Assembly (NCBI GenBank): GCA_963422735.1
Contig: OY730476.1
Span: 768,001-832,000, forward strand
Direction of reading: 5' to 3'
DNA length: 64,000 nucleotides
From: Candidatus Latescibacterota bacterium
Lineage (GTDB): Bacteria > Latescibacterota > UBA2968 > UBA8231
The position numbers and the translations under genes are program-made. The notes beneath the pieces were generated by a model that worked only from the letters and a program-made list of their open reading frames with translations, was not told the DNA's origin and made no database searches. Below, piece after piece: positions 20,437-30,506 of the stretch (position 1 is its first letter; the number at the start of each line of letters is the position of its first letter).

Positions 20437-20763
20437 TTAAGCCAATGCGGCCTCTAGCTTTTCGGTGATTTGCCTTTTGGGGACGGCACCAATTATCTGG
20501 TCGGCAACTTTGCCCTCTTTGAAAATGAGCAAGGTGGGGATGCTGCGGATGCCGAATTCGGCCGCTGTTTTCTGAGCCTCGTCGACGTCCAATTTGCACA
20601 CTTTGGCCCTGCCCTCGTATTCACCGCTCAATTCTTGGACAATCGGCGTAATCACTCGGCACGGACCGCACCATGTCGCCCAGAAATCCACGAGCACGGG
20701 TAAACCGGCGTTGAGAACTTCGGCGCTGAAATTGTCATCGGTTAAGACAGTAGGTTCGCTCAC
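20437..20763 (-). CDS. trxA: Thioredoxin
   Basis: VDFWATWCGPC, IRSIPTL. Confidence 0.97.
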   Translation of the reverse strand: MSEPTVLTDDNFSAEVLNAGLPVLVDFWATWCGPCRVITPIVQELSGEYEGRAKVCKLDVDEAQKTAAEFGIRSIPTLLIFKEGKVADQIIGAVPKRQITEKLEAALA

Positions 20764-20816
20764 GATAGTCTATACTTTCTTTTCAACATGTTACTAACAC
20801 AATACCTTGTGCTTCA

Positions 20817-20845
20817 ATTATAGTTCTGGCACTACCCATTGTCAA
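20817..20845 (-). promoter_or_regulatory. Perfect-consensus sigma-70 promoter for trxA
   Basis: TTGACA-17bp-TATAAT on minus strand. Confidence 0.85.
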
Positions 20846-20847
20846 GC

Positions 20848-21867
20848 TTAGCGCTTCCTGCACAACTTGGCCACCAGCAATTCCAAAACCAAGTGCTCTT
20901 GGCGTCGCCCCTGCGATTTTAGGCACCAATCGGCCTCCTTTAAGGCGCTCAACCCCGCCCACAGCCAAGAGATGGGGCGGCGCTTGGCCTGCTCCAAATA
21001 CCCGGGCAAAAAGAACGGCGCAACACCTAATTCGGCGGCCATTTTGTCGCGCGGTAGCGATTTGTCTACTAGCCCCTTAGCCTTGAGCAAAAGCTGGAAG
21101 TGCCGGGCGACCATGGCTACGGCGCGGGTTGGCTCTTCTCCTTGGCTGAGAAACTTTTGCATCAACTCTTGGGCTAACTTGCCCTGCCCTTTGCCTAGGG
21201 CATCGGCGAGATCGAACACACTAGCCCCGCGCGTGATACCAGCGACTTGTTTGACCGCCGAGGTGGTGATCAACTGGCCCTCCCCGACAAAACTGACCAA
21301 TTTTTCTATCTCGCTGACCAACTCGCGCGGCTTGGGCCCCACGTACTGGCTGAGTAGCCGGATGGCCGCGGGCTCGATCTGCACCCCTTGGCGCTTGGCG
21401 TACCGCTGTATCCACTGTGGAACTTGGTTGTCGTAGGGCGGCCTAAATTCTAGCGTACGACCTTGCCGCGAGAGCTCGCGAAAAAACTTCCGACGCATAT
21501 CGACCTTTCGGCCCACTACCAGCAGCCGACTAGTCGCCACGGGCATTGCAAATACGCGCTCCAAGCCGCGACATTGGTCGGTCGCTAAGGCCTCGGCATC
21601 GCGCAGCACAATCAGCCGGCTCTCGGCCATCATGGGATAGGTCTCATAGACCTGAAAAAAATCCAGCACCGCCAAGCGCTCGGCCCTCAGTACGTCGAGA
21701 TTGAAATCCCGCGTCTGGGCTGGCACCAAGGCTTCGACCATAGACACAACCAAGGCCTCGCGCTCGTATTCCTCGTCCCCGTGTAATAAATAAAAGGGCC
21801 GAATATCCCCCTTGGCGATTTCGGCCAGTAGCTCTTCGGGATTCAGCCCTTTGGACCTCTTAGCCAC
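20848..21867 (-). CDS. holA: DNA polymerase III subunit delta
   Basis: YLLHGDEEY, DFNLD, YPMMAESRLIV, SEIEKL, SVFDLADAL; GTG start inferred. Confidence 0.9.
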   Translation of the reverse strand: MAKRSKGLNPEELLAEIAKGDIRPFYLLHGDEEYEREALVVSMVEALVPAQTRDFNLDVLRAERLAVLDFFQVYETYPMMAESRLIVLRDAEALATDQCRGLERVFAMPVATSRLLVVGRKVDMRRKFFRELSRQGRTLEFRPPYDNQVPQWIQRYAKRQGVQIEPAAIRLLSQYVGPKPRELVSEIEKLVSFVGEGQLITTSAVKQVAGITRGASVFDLADALGKGQGKLAQELMQKFLSQGEEPTRAVAMVARHFQLLLKAKGLVDKSLPRDKMAAELGVAPFFLPGYLEQAKRRPISWLWAGLSALKEADWCLKSQGRRQEHLVLELLVAKLCRKR

Positions 21868-22054
21868 GATCTTCGCTTTCGGTCCCTTCTTCGTCCAATA
21901 TGCAGTATTCGGCCTCGGCGACTTGGCTCGGATCGATACTGCCGCGCTTGTTGGGCGCACTTCTGCGGGGACGTCCCCTTAGTTGCCGGTACGCAGTGTA
22001 ACATAGCAACACGATCACCGTCGCCAGCAGCAATTTGAACAACAGGAACATCAT
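21860..22054 (-). CDS. Small single-pass membrane protein
   Basis: N-terminal TM helix plus VAEAEY acidic tail; overlaps holA start. Confidence 0.6.
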   Translation of the reverse strand: MMFLLFKLLLATVIVLLCYTAYRQLRGRPRRSAPNKRGSIDPSQVAEAEYCILDEEGTESEDRG

Positions 22055-22093
22055 AGTTTGTTCATCCCTTCTTTTTGCGCTGGAATTTAACAC

Positions 22094-22122
22094 AAAAAGC
22101 TCCCCCTGTTACCGGGGGAGCT
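22094..22122 (-). terminator. Rho-independent terminator
   Basis: AGCTCCCCC/GGGGGAGCT stem followed by T-run on minus strand. Confidence 0.8.
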
Positions 22123-22151
22123 CTACGTAGTGCAGCGGGGGGCGGACTCGA

Positions 22152-22607
22152 CTATTTTGCGGCTTCCCACTTGAGCGGGAAGGGTTCGGTCTTGTTGGCC
22201 CTCTGCCACATCCGATCTAGGTTGCCATATATCTTGGTAAATTCTTCTTCGACGCGCGCAATGCTCTTTTGGGCGTTGGGCACAAATGTCGGGAAGTCCG
22301 GCTCGACCAGCTTGCGCATCGCCGCCTTCAAGGCCCGCTTCATGGCGTTGTGCAAGGCCCGGAGGCGCTTGTCTTCGAGCTCTACCTTCTCCAACTCGTC
22401 GAGCAAGGTCTGCATGACCTGTTCGACGTCGTGGGCCTGATTGGTCATGCCCTCGGTCGTTAGGTACTTCTGATAGTTCATTAGCTGTTGACTATAGCGC
22501 TCCAAGCCTTGTAAGGTCTGGATATAAGGGGTCAGTTCATCTTGTTTGCCGCCTCCGCAGGCCAAAAGCCCGCTGACGAGCGCGAATAGGATTAAACTTT
22601 TGCTCAT
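22152..22607 (-). CDS. Hypothetical helical lipoprotein
   Basis: LLAC lipobox, GGAGG RBS, followed by a terminator. Confidence 0.75.
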   Translation of the reverse strand: MSKSLILFALVSGLLACGGGKQDELTPYIQTLQGLERYSQQLMNYQKYLTTEGMTNQAHDVEQVMQTLLDELEKVELEDKRLRALHNAMKRALKAAMRKLVEPDFPTFVPNAQKSIARVEEEFTKIYGNLDRMWQRANKTEPFPLKWEAAK

Positions 22608-22645
22608 TGGTTCCTCCATTTCCCAAAGATATTATCAGCCCCAAC

Positions 22646-23509
22646 CTAATAATCTGTCGGGCGCGAGTCAAATGTATGGCGGCGGTGATAAAGCACCGCG
22701 TTCAACTCGCCGCCCAACAGCAAAGTAAAAGCCAGCAAATACGCGGACAGCAAGAGGATGATAGCGGTCCCGAGTACGCCATAGATGATATTGTAATAGC
22801 CGAACCGCTCGACGTAATCCAAGGCAGAGGCAATGGCCCCGGACAGTGTAGAAGACACTATACTACCAGGCAACACGTCCAACCAACGCAAGCGCACGGC
22901 GGGCATGAAATAGTAAATACAAGCGGCCGTTGTGACCATGCCGACCACGACCACCGCGTGCCTCAACAAGGCCACCAACGGAGAAAAGTGATGTGAGGAA
23001 GTCCAGTAGTCCCGCAGCCAACTCTCGACGTGTTCGCCGAATACGATGAGGTTAAAAAAAAAGACGAACGAAATCCCCAAGACCACAATTAAGACGAGCG
23101 AGAGAATGCGCCGTTTATAGAAGGACCGATGCTCTTGCACACCATAGGCCCGGTTAAGCACCATCATCGTAGTGGACATGCTAGCCGACGCCGGCCAGAT
23201 GACGCCCAAGAACCCGATGGCGAATAAACTCTGTGACGAGAGAAAGTTGATATTGTCTTCGACGGCCTCCAGCAGCGGGACGGGGATGACAACGCCCAAA
23301 ATTTCGAGGACTTGGATGAAATCTTCAGACGATATGCCCAAAAAGCCCAATAGGGCTGTCAGAACGAGAATGCCCGGGAAAATGGCAAATATAAAGTCAA
23401 AGGCCATGGCTGGGGCCGAGGTCGTGCAATCGTGGCGGAACGTTGCCACCACAGCATCGCGGCCGACTGCTAGATAGAAGACAACCCGGCTCTTGAGTGC
23501 GTCTATCAC
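22646..23509 (-). CDS. YihY/virulence factor BrkB family membrane protein
   Basis: FAIFPGIL, LNRAYGV..R, YNIIYGVLG, LLGGELNA. Confidence 0.88.
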   Translation of the reverse strand: MIDALKSRVVFYLAVGRDAVVATFRHDCTTSAPAMAFDFIFAIFPGILVLTALLGFLGISSEDFIQVLEILGVVIPVPLLEAVEDNINFLSSQSLFAIGFLGVIWPASASMSTTMMVLNRAYGVQEHRSFYKRRILSLVLIVVLGISFVFFFNLIVFGEHVESWLRDYWTSSHHFSPLVALLRHAVVVVGMVTTAACIYYFMPAVRLRWLDVLPGSIVSSTLSGAIASALDYVERFGYYNIIYGVLGTAIILLLSAYLLAFTLLLGGELNAVLYHRRHTFDSRPTDY

Positions 23510-23514
23510 TGCGG

Positions 23515-24282
23515 CTAATCCAGATGCCCCATGATGGACGCAAAGAGATGCCCGTTGGAAGAGAAGGCGTCTTTGCCGTATATAGTCGGCACCCCTTGCC
23601 AATCGGTAAAGGTGCCTCCGGCTTCCTCTAAAATCGGCAGCAATGGCCCGCAATCCCACGGATTCATAATGGGGTCAAAGCTGGCCTCGGCCCGGCCGGT
23701 AGCCACGAGTATGTGGCCATAGCAATCGCCCCATCCCCGGTGTAGTTGGGTGCTGGCGACTAGCCGCCGCCACTCCTGTTCGCGGCCTTGTTCGGCAAAG
23801 CTCGGCCACGACGTATAGCAGATACAAGCTTGGCCTAGCTCGGCTTGAGCGGACACCGCCGCCCGCCTACCATTCCACCAACACCCCTCGCCTCTAGCGG
23901 CCCACACCATCTCGCCAAGGGCCGGCATATAGCAACAGCCTACATCAACCCCATCCGGCCCTTCCCGCGCGATGAGCACTCCGTAGAGCGGCACCCCTTG
24001 GACAAAAGACTTCGTACCGTCTATGGGATCGATAATCCAGCGCGTGCCGGAGCTTCCCTCAACTTGGCCAAATTCTTCGCCGACAATCCCGTCGTCGGGA
24101 TAGGCTTTGGCCAACAAGTCCCGTATCTTGGCCTCAGCTTCGCGATCGGCGACGGTCACCGGCGATAGATCTTCTTTCCACTCGGCGCGGATGCCCGACT
24201 GGAAGTAGCGCAAGGTGATCTTGCCCGCTTGCCAAGCCGCATCTACTGCAAAATCCAAACAGCTCCGCAGCGACGCGCTCAA
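23515..24282 (-). CDS. hisN: Histidinol-phosphatase, inositol monophosphatase family
   Basis: SPVTVADR, GEE, WIIDPIDGTKSF, GWGD, WD. Confidence 0.8.
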   Translation of the reverse strand: MSASLRSCLDFAVDAAWQAGKITLRYFQSGIRAEWKEDLSPVTVADREAEAKIRDLLAKAYPDDGIVGEEFGQVEGSSGTRWIIDPIDGTKSFVQGVPLYGVLIAREGPDGVDVGCCYMPALGEMVWAARGEGCWWNGRRAAVSAQAELGQACICYTSWPSFAEQGREQEWRRLVASTQLHRGWGDCYGHILVATGRAEASFDPIMNPWDCGPLLPILEEAGGTFTDWQGVPTIYGKDAFSSNGHLFASIMGHLD

Positions 24283-25115
24283 CCCAAAATCTCTCGGCGT
24301 AGGTCGGTAAGTAGCTGCAGGGCCGCACGGATATCCCCGACTTGATCCGGGGCGTATTCGCGCTCAATGGTCAGCGGCCCCTCGTACCCCAAATCGCGCA
24401 ACTTCAAGAGGAATGCCCTGATGTCGACGTCTCCTTGACCAAGCGGTGCATCCTCGTACCACGGCTGGTCCGGGCGGCGCTCGATTGCGGCGTCTTTGCA
24501 ATGCACACTGCGGACAAAGCGACCCACCCGATCCAATGCTTCTAGGGGTGGGCCGGCATGGTAGAGGATCATATTGGCCGGATCGAAATTGACCGCAAGG
24601 TTCTCGCGACCGACAGCCTCGATAAAGGCGAGAAGCTCGTCAGCAGTCTCCTGACCGGTTTCTAAGTGAAAATACTGGCCGTGCCCCCGGCAGTAATCGC
24701 ACACCGTGCGCGCAACTTCGACGACCGCGGCAAAATCCGGATCCGATGGATCCTCTGGCACAAAACCCAAGTGCATGCCGATAGCATCTACTCCTAGCGC
24801 CGCGGCAAAGTCCGCGATGGCCAAGGTCTCTTCGAGCCGATGCTCCCGGCGCTCTAAAGGCACGAGCCCGACCGTTTGCTGGGCAATCTCCGGCGTGGTG
24901 TAATCGTCGTCGGGAAAACCGGCGAAAACCACGCTGATTCCGATCCCGGCCGCGGCGAACTGGTCCTTGATTTCCGCGGTTTTCTCTGCGGTGCGAAAAT
25001 CGCGGCCCGGGGCGTGCAGATGCACGGTGGAAACCCCTAACTCCTTCACCGAATCCAATCCAGCCCCTAAGCCCTCGTCAATGGAGGTAAATATGCCTGT
25101 TGCCCATTTGTCCAT
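24279..25115 (-). CDS. Sugar phosphate isomerase/epimerase (TIM barrel)
   Basis: LETGQE, NFDPAN, VHCKD, LTIERE. Confidence 0.88.
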   Translation of the reverse strand: MDKWATGIFTSIDEGLGAGLDSVKELGVSTVHLHAPGRDFRTAEKTAEIKDQFAAAGIGISVVFAGFPDDDYTTPEIAQQTVGLVPLERREHRLEETLAIADFAAALGVDAIGMHLGFVPEDPSDPDFAAVVEVARTVCDYCRGHGQYFHLETGQETADELLAFIEAVGRENLAVNFDPANMILYHAGPPLEALDRVGRFVRSVHCKDAAIERRPDQPWYEDAPLGQGDVDIRAFLLKLRDLGYEGPLTIEREYAPDQVGDIRAALQLLTDLRREILG

Positions 25116-25144
25116 TTGGTTTTCTCCATTTGGTTGCAGACAAA

Positions 25145-25354
25145 TTAAAAGAGGAGACAGCCAAGCCATCCCCTCTCTGGTAAATCCACGCGCTGCTTAC
25201 ACCTCCTCGCACGCTCTTCCTTTTCGTTGCGCCGCGTTCCCTCGGCCTGGGCAGCGTCCAAAACGGCCCGCACCCGCTGGCGAAAATTTTTGATCTGATT
25301 GTCAACTTCGTCTATGGAATTCAGCAGATCCTCCTCAATTACATCTTCTGACAT
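25145..25354 (-). CDS. Small hypothetical coiled-coil protein
   Basis: AGGAG RBS, fills the gap downstream of the sigma factor. Confidence 0.55.
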   Translation of the reverse strand: MSEDVIEEDLLNSIDEVDNQIKNFRQRVRAVLDAAQAEGTRRNEKEERARRCKQRVDLPERGWLGCLLF

Positions 25355-25405
25355 GGCGTACTCCTGCGACTTTTGGGGAGCAGGGGAGCCTGTTGGGGGT
25401 CGTCT

Positions 25406-26266
25406 TCAAACGCGGCTGTAGGAACGCAGATGATCGCAGCGGCTGGGATGCCGCAACCGGTGTAGCGCTTTCTCCTTGAGCTGCCTGACTCGCTCGCGCG
25501 TAAGCCCAAAGCGCATACCGATCTGGTCCAAGGTCATAGGCTCTTCCCCGTTCAACCCAAAATAGAGGCGGAGAATTTCGGCCTCGCGCCCGATGAGCCG
25601 GCTTAGGACCGAGTCAATCTGCCTGCGCAGACAGCCGCGCATCACTTGGTTTTCAGGGGACTCTTGGCGTTCGTCTGGCAGCACATCAAGCAGACTATGA
25701 TCTTCTTCGCCGAGAAAGGCCGCGTCGAGCGACCGCGTCGAGCGACCGCACATCAAGGTCTCCTTGACCTCTTCAACCGGAATATCGAGCTGCTCGGCGA
25801 TAGCTTCCGGGTGGGGATCGTCAGTGCGCTCTTGCTGCAAGATGCGGGACGCCTTGGATATCTTGTAGAGCAAGCCGATTTTGTTCAGCGGCAGGCGGAC
25901 CGTGCGCGACTGCTCGGCCAGCGTCTGTAGGATAGCCTGGCGGATCCACCAAACCGCATAGGAGATGAATTTGAAGCCCTTGTCTTCGTCAAAGCGCTCG
26001 GCGGCCGTGATCAAGCCCATGTTCCCAGCACTAACCAAATCGGCGAGGGGGACGCCGCGATTTTGGTATTCCTTTGCCACGCTAACTACAAAGCGCAAAT
26101 TCGCTTCGACCAATCTATTGCGGGCGTGTTCATCCCCTTGCTTGATCTTTCGCGCCAGATTGGCCTCGTCGGCCGGGGAGAGAGGCTTGGAATGCGCAAT
26201 TTCGGCCAGATAGCTCCCGAGACAATCTTCCATATCCCAAAATGGAGCTTTAGTCATCCCTGCCAT
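25406..26266 (-). CDS. RNA polymerase sigma factor, RpoD/SigA family lacking region 1.1
   Basis: ANLRFVVSVAK, KFISYAVWWIRQ, RTVRLP, TRERVRQ. Confidence 0.93.
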   Translation of the reverse strand: MAGMTKAPFWDMEDCLGSYLAEIAHSKPLSPADEANLARKIKQGDEHARNRLVEANLRFVVSVAKEYQNRGVPLADLVSAGNMGLITAAERFDEDKGFKFISYAVWWIRQAILQTLAEQSRTVRLPLNKIGLLYKISKASRILQQERTDDPHPEAIAEQLDIPVEEVKETLMCGRSTRSLDAAFLGEEDHSLLDVLPDERQESPENQVMRGCLRRQIDSVLSRLIGREAEILRLYFGLNGEEPMTLDQIGMRFGLTRERVRQLKEKALHRLRHPSRCDHLRSYSRV

Positions 26267-26340
26267 GGAACCATCCTCTTCGTTTAAAAGTGGGGAGGAA
26301 AAGGAAAGCTACACATGCTTGAAACTAAAAATGTGTTATA

Positions 26341-26369
26341 AACTTAGCCGGGGCCACAAAACCTGTCAA
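26341..26369 (-). promoter_or_regulatory. Sigma-70-type promoter for the sigma factor gene
   Basis: TTGACA-17bp-TAAGTT. Confidence 0.65.
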
Positions 26370-26386
26370 GCAATTTCGCCAAGCCC

Positions 26387-27100
26387 CTACGCCTCTGTAA
26401 ATGCGCTTAAAACAGAATGTTGCACGGCCAGTAAGTGCTCTATGCCCACAGCCGCCAAGTCGAGTAACTCAACGGCTTGTGCGCGAGTAAAGGGACGACC
26501 CTCGGCCGTGCCTTGGACTTCGACGATCCCCCCCGAGCCGGTCATAACGACGTTCATATCGGTTTCGGCGCGGCGATCTTCCTCATAGCACAGATCCAAT
26601 AGGAGCTGGTCCCTTACTACCCCGACGCTGACGGCGGCGACCCGATCTACGAGCACATCGCCTTGCAGCGTCTGCAGCGCCTCTACTAAAGCCACATAAG
26701 CCCCTGTTATTGAAGCTGTGCGCGTTCCGCCATCCGCCTGTATGACATCGCAATCGACATACAGTGTCCGCTCGCCGATTTGCTCCAAATTCACTACAGT
26801 TCGCAGCGAGCGGCCTATCAGACGCTGAATTTCCCGCGCCCGGCTGTTGGACTCGCGGGGGACTCGGCGTGCAGAGGATCCCGGCAGCATGCTGTACTCC
26901 GCGGTCAGCCAGCCCTTGCCGGTCCCTACCAGAAAGGGCGGTACCTCATCGACAGGCGATACCGTGCAGAGCACTTTTGTATCGCCCATTTCGATCAGAG
27001 CCGAGCCAGCCGCCGTTTTCAGGTACCTTGGGGAAATCTGCACCGGTCGCAATTGGGCGGACCGGCGTCCATCGCTGCGCTCCCAGCTTGTCTCACGCAT
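26387..27100 (-). CDS. rph: Ribonuclease PH
   Basis: GWLTAEYSMLP, EIQRLIGRSLR, QADGGTRTASITG, EVQGTAEG. Confidence 0.96.
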   Translation of the reverse strand: MRETSWERSDGRRSAQLRPVQISPRYLKTAAGSALIEMGDTKVLCTVSPVDEVPPFLVGTGKGWLTAEYSMLPGSSARRVPRESNSRAREIQRLIGRSLRTVVNLEQIGERTLYVDCDVIQADGGTRTASITGAYVALVEALQTLQGDVLVDRVAAVSVGVVRDQLLLDLCYEEDRRAETDMNVVMTGSGGIVEVQGTAEGRPFTRAQAVELLDLAAVGIEHLLAVQHSVLSAFTEA

Positions 27101-27923
27101 TGAGGTGCTTCCGATAGTCAGGGCCATTCATGGGGACGAGTTGGCACATCTCTACTAGGCGCGAGTAAATGCGGCCCTTGGCGAGATCCTCCAGTTCGTC
27201 GAGGGGCTGGTTGGTGGTCACGACCGTGAACCGTTGGTCGCCGTAGCGGGCATCTACGAGATCGTAAAGCATTTCTATTTCCCACTCGGTCCCCCGCTGG
27301 ATGCCAAAGTCGTCCAAGACGAGGTAGGGCATAGTGCACAACTCTTCGAGAATTTGCCAAGTGTGGCCATAGCGCTCGCTGTCGGCTGAATAGGTATCGC
27401 GCAACTTCTTAAAGTACGTGCGCGACAGACTGAGAAAGCGGCCCGGTTTGGTCCAGCGCAACATGAGTTCGTTGACTGCAATGCAGCCCATCAAGGTCTT
27501 GCCCGTGCCGGGATTTCCGTGGAGGAGATAGCCGCGCTTAGGCTCTTCCGCCGCTTCGATCAGGTCTTGATGAATGCGGAGATAGACCGTGCCCGCTAGG
27601 TCGATGCGGATCCCGTCTGGTGCCGCCATTCGGAAGTCGTCGACGAACTTCCACTTGTAGCGCTCGGGGATATCGGCCTGGCGAAACAGGCGGTTGGTTT
27701 CCGTCATTTTGCGGCGATAGGGACGGCAGGGACACCACTGGTTGCGCGAATCTTCGTCCCAGTACTGGTAGGGTGCCCTCCCCCCGCAGCGGCACTCGAC
27801 GCACTCCTCGCAAAGCCGAAGCGTACCATAGCGGCCCACCTCGACTATCGGGTCGTAGTACAGGCATCCACCGCCGCATTTATAACAGCGCGTCGCTTCC
27901 CGATTGGACGCGGGTACACTCAC
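27093..27923 (-). CDS. DnaC/IstB-like AAA+ ATPase with N-terminal Cys-rich region
   Basis: [35 protein letters not shown]. Confidence 0.88.
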   Translation of the reverse strand: MSVPASNREATRCYKCGGGCLYYDPIVEVGRYGTLRLCEECVECRCGGRAPYQYWDEDSRNQWCPCRPYRRKMTETNRLFRQADIPERYKWKFVDDFRMAAPDGIRIDLAGTVYLRIHQDLIEAAEEPKRGYLLHGNPGTGKTLMGCIAVNELMLRWTKPGRFLSLSRTYFKKLRDTYSADSERYGHTWQILEELCTMPYLVLDDFGIQRGTEWEIEMLYDLVDARYGDQRFTVVTTNQPLDELEDLAKGRIYSRLVEMCQLVPMNGPDYRKHLNA

Positions 27924-28399
27924 CGATGTTGCTCCTTGAGGGCCCGGTCGACATCGCGGTCGGCCTGGCGTTGGGCCAAAGCCTGGCGCTTGTCGAACTG
28001 CTTCTTGCCGCGGACCAGTGCCAGCTCCACCTTGGCCCTGCCGCGCTTGAAGTAGATCTTCAGCGGCACTAAAGTAAGGCCCTGTTGTTGCGTCCTCCCC
28101 GTCAGTCTGCGGATTTCGCTGCGGTGCAAGAGCAATTTGCGCACGCGCTCCGGGTCGTGGTTGAAATTATTGCCTTGCTCGTATTGGGCAATGTGGACAT
28201 TGTGCAGAAAAATTTCGCCTCGTTCAACTAAAGCAAAGCTATCCTTGAGATTGGCGCGCCCAGCGCGCAGCGACTTGACTTCTGTGCCGCGCAAGACAAT
28301 GCCGGTCTCATAGCGGCCCGTTACCTCGTAATCGTGCCGGGCTTTGCGGTTTTGTACGGCGACGAACTCGCGCTTGGCACCACTTTCCGTTTTGGCCAT
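27920..28399 (-). CDS. smpB: SsrA-binding protein
   Basis: [30 protein letters not shown]. Confidence 0.98.
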   Translation of the reverse strand: MAKTESGAKREFVAVQNRKARHDYEVTGRYETGIVLRGTEVKSLRAGRANLKDSFALVERGEIFLHNVHIAQYEQGNNFNHDPERVRKLLLHRSEIRRLTGRTQQQGLTLVPLKIYFKRGRAKVELALVRGKKQFDKRQALAQRQADRDVDRALKEQHR

Positions 28400-28429
28400 A
28401 ACCCGCCTATTTTCACTAAGAGAACGGGC

Positions 28430-28458
28430 TTGACGGCTGCAAGCCCTGCATTTAATTT
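28430..28458 (+). promoter_or_regulatory. Promoter for tRNA-Leu
   Basis: TTGACG-17bp-TAATTT. Confidence 0.6.
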
Positions 28459-28471
28459 GTGCTGTTCAGTT

Positions 28472-28558
28472 GCCGAAGTGGCGAAATTGGTAGACGCGCA
28501 TGGTTCAGGACCATGTGGGGGCAACCCCGTGGAGGTTCGAGTCCTCTCTTCGGCACCA
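28472..28558 (+). tRNA. tRNA-Leu (CAG)
   Basis: GCCGAAG/CTTCGGC acceptor, CATGG-TTCAGGA-CCATG anticodon arm, long variable arm, GTTCGAGTC, CCA. Confidence 0.97.
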
Positions 28559-28683
28559 CTTTTTGCTTCTATCCCCTGACCGATTTAATCTACACGCCTC
28601 GTTCCAACCCGCGCAAGGGACTGACTGCACACGCAGCAGCCTGCCTTTTCTATTTATATATCAACCTGCGAAAGGATGTCTCT

Positions 28684-29061
28684 ATGGCTCGCTTCCTGCA
28701 CACCCGCATCCGCGTCGGCGATCTCGAGCGCTCTATTGAGTGGTACTGCACTCACCTTGGCCTTGAGGTCCGGAGCCGCTCCGACAAATCGCCCGCTGGC
28801 AACCAAATCGTCCATCTCGAGCTGCCCGGCAATGAACACACCCTAGAATTGACCTATTCCGCCGATTACCAGCTCGCCGTCCCCGAAGATCTCATGCACC
28901 TCGCGATCGCGGTTCCCGACTTGATCGGCTTTTGCGACACATTGGAAAACAACGGGATCGAAATATGGCCTAGCGATTGGCGCACAACCTTCCCCACCGG
29001 CCGCAAGATGGCCTTTATCGACGATCCCGACGGTTACGAGATCGAGCTACTCGAAGGTTGA
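28684..29061 (+). CDS. VOC/glyoxalase family protein
   Basis: FLHTRIRV.DLERSI, LELTY, HLAI, FIDDPDGYEIEL. Confidence 0.9.
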   Translation: MARFLHTRIRVGDLERSIEWYCTHLGLEVRSRSDKSPAGNQIVHLELPGNEHTLELTYSADYQLAVPEDLMHLAIAVPDLIGFCDTLENNGIEIWPSDWRTTFPTGRKMAFIDDPDGYEIELLEG

Positions 29062-30506
29062 TTTAACTTTTCCTTGCCGCGCAAGTACTGAGGTAAGTAG
29101 GCGTCAATGAAGTCCCGAGCTGTCCGGCCTCCGACTAAATCGTGGTTGTGTCGCATCCGCCAAACCTCGAAAGCGGCCAATACGTCTTCTTCCGACAGGT
29201 CGATCCCCGCCCGGCGCGCATAGGACATGACCATGGCGCGATATTGCTGCTTGCTAGGCAGATCGAGGAAGACCTTGAGGGCAAAACGGTCGTCGAGCGC
29301 CCGCTCCTGATCGAGGCGTTGCAGTTGTTGGGGGTCGTAGAATTCGGCCTGAATGCCTTGGTTGACTCGGTTGGGTCGCTCGTCGTCTAGCTGCATTTGG
29401 CCCAGCCCTTGCGGGCGTTCGCCCTCCCGGTCAACTAGGTCCTTGTAGTTAGAGGTCGCATAGAAGACCAAGTTGTCCGGGCACACTTCTAGCCCCCCAT
29501 CGAGCACCCGCGAGAGCAGGTGCAAGCTGTTGTCGCCCCGGCCCAAGGACACATTGTCCAGTACGCCCACAAAGCACTGGCGACGCCCCCGGACGAGGGC
29601 AAAGAGATCGGGCAAGAGATGGTAGCAAGAAGGGGCGATCTCGATGGCGCGCAGACCGCGATTAAAAAACTGACCCACTAAGGCCCGTATCAGCGTCGAT
29701 TTACCGCCGCCCCGCGGTCCCCAGATCAGCGCGTTATGCGCCCGATAACCCGCGAGGAAATGGCGCGTGTTTTCCACAAGGACTTGGATTCTCGCTTCAT
29801 TGCCCTCTAGCCAGCCGAGGGGAAATTCCGCGAAGTGGCGGATGGGTTCCAAAATCGGCTTGGCCTCCCTGCCGACCAAGCGAAAGGCCGAAAATCGGCG
29901 CAGCGCACCCTGCCCGTGCTCGTGTATCAAGCCTCCGAGCGCTCCAGCCAACCTAGCCCAATCCTCGCTGCGGGCAAAACGCTCTTTTAGTTGACCAACA
30001 GCCACGGGTTCCACCCCATCCTCGGGCACGAGGGCCAAAGGCTCCGCGTCGCCGCCGATCAGCCGCAGCCATATCCCCCAGCGGGGGCGGGCCAAGGCCG
30101 CCGCACTTTGCAAGTCGCGGCACGCAACCTGGCGCAGCGCGGTGGGAACATCTGCTGGAGATTGCTCTTCGCAAGCGCGCAAAAACGGATGTCGGCCATT
30201 GAGGATCCGGTTGAGCAACAGCCCTTGTAAATCCGGCGCACCACCACCCCAATCGCCGTTGAGTGCCGCTGCGAGGAGCGCATCTGAGCAACGCTGATGT
30301 TGCATGGCCAATTCGTCCGCAGTGCGTTGCGCCTCTTTACCGGCCACTAGCCTATCGGCACATGCCTGCGCGCAGCGCAGCAAGGAACGCAACGGATCCA
30401 TCTCGGCGGGCTCGAGCAACCGACTGAAGGAGGAAAGCCGATCTAAGGCCGCGAGCATGGCTTTGACTTGATCGGCGATCTGTAGAGCCTCTTCTCTCCT
30501 TGTCAT
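29034..30506 (-). CDS. DUF815-like AAA+ ATPase with N-terminal extension
   Basis: ENTRHFLAG..HNALIWGPRGGGKS, LDGGLE..PDN..YATSN, LDDRF. Confidence 0.8.
   Translation of the reverse strand: MTRREEALQIADQVKAMLAALDRLSSFSRLLEPAEMDPLRSLLRCAQACADRLVAGKEAQRTADELAMQHQRCSDALLAAALNGDWGGGAPDLQGLLLNRILNGRHPFLRACEEQSPADVPTALRQVACRDLQSAAALARPRWGIWLRLIGGDAEPLALVPEDGVEPVAVGQLKERFARSEDWARLAGALGGLIHEHGQGALRRFSAFRLVGREAKPILEPIRHFAEFPLGWLEGNEARIQVLVENTRHFLAGYRAHNALIWGPRGGGKSTLIRALVGQFFNRGLRAIEIAPSCYHLLPDLFALVRGRRQCFVGVLDNVSLGRGDNSLHLLSRVLDGGLEVCPDNLVFYATSNYKDLVDREGERPQGLGQMQLDDERPNRVNQGIQAEFYDPQQLQRLDQERALDDRFALKVFLDLPSKQQYRAMVMSYARRAGIDLSEEDVLAAFEVWRMRHNHDLVGGRTARDFIDAYLPQYLRGKEKLNQPSSSSIS

Noticed and set aside
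27093-27923. IS21 element or prophage suggested by the IstB-like ATPase
   Set aside because: No istA, terminal repeats or phage genes; gene overlaps smpB and rph
28459-28683. N-terminal extension of the glyoxalase ORF
   Set aside because: Runs through tRNA-Leu; real start at 28684 with AAGGA RBS
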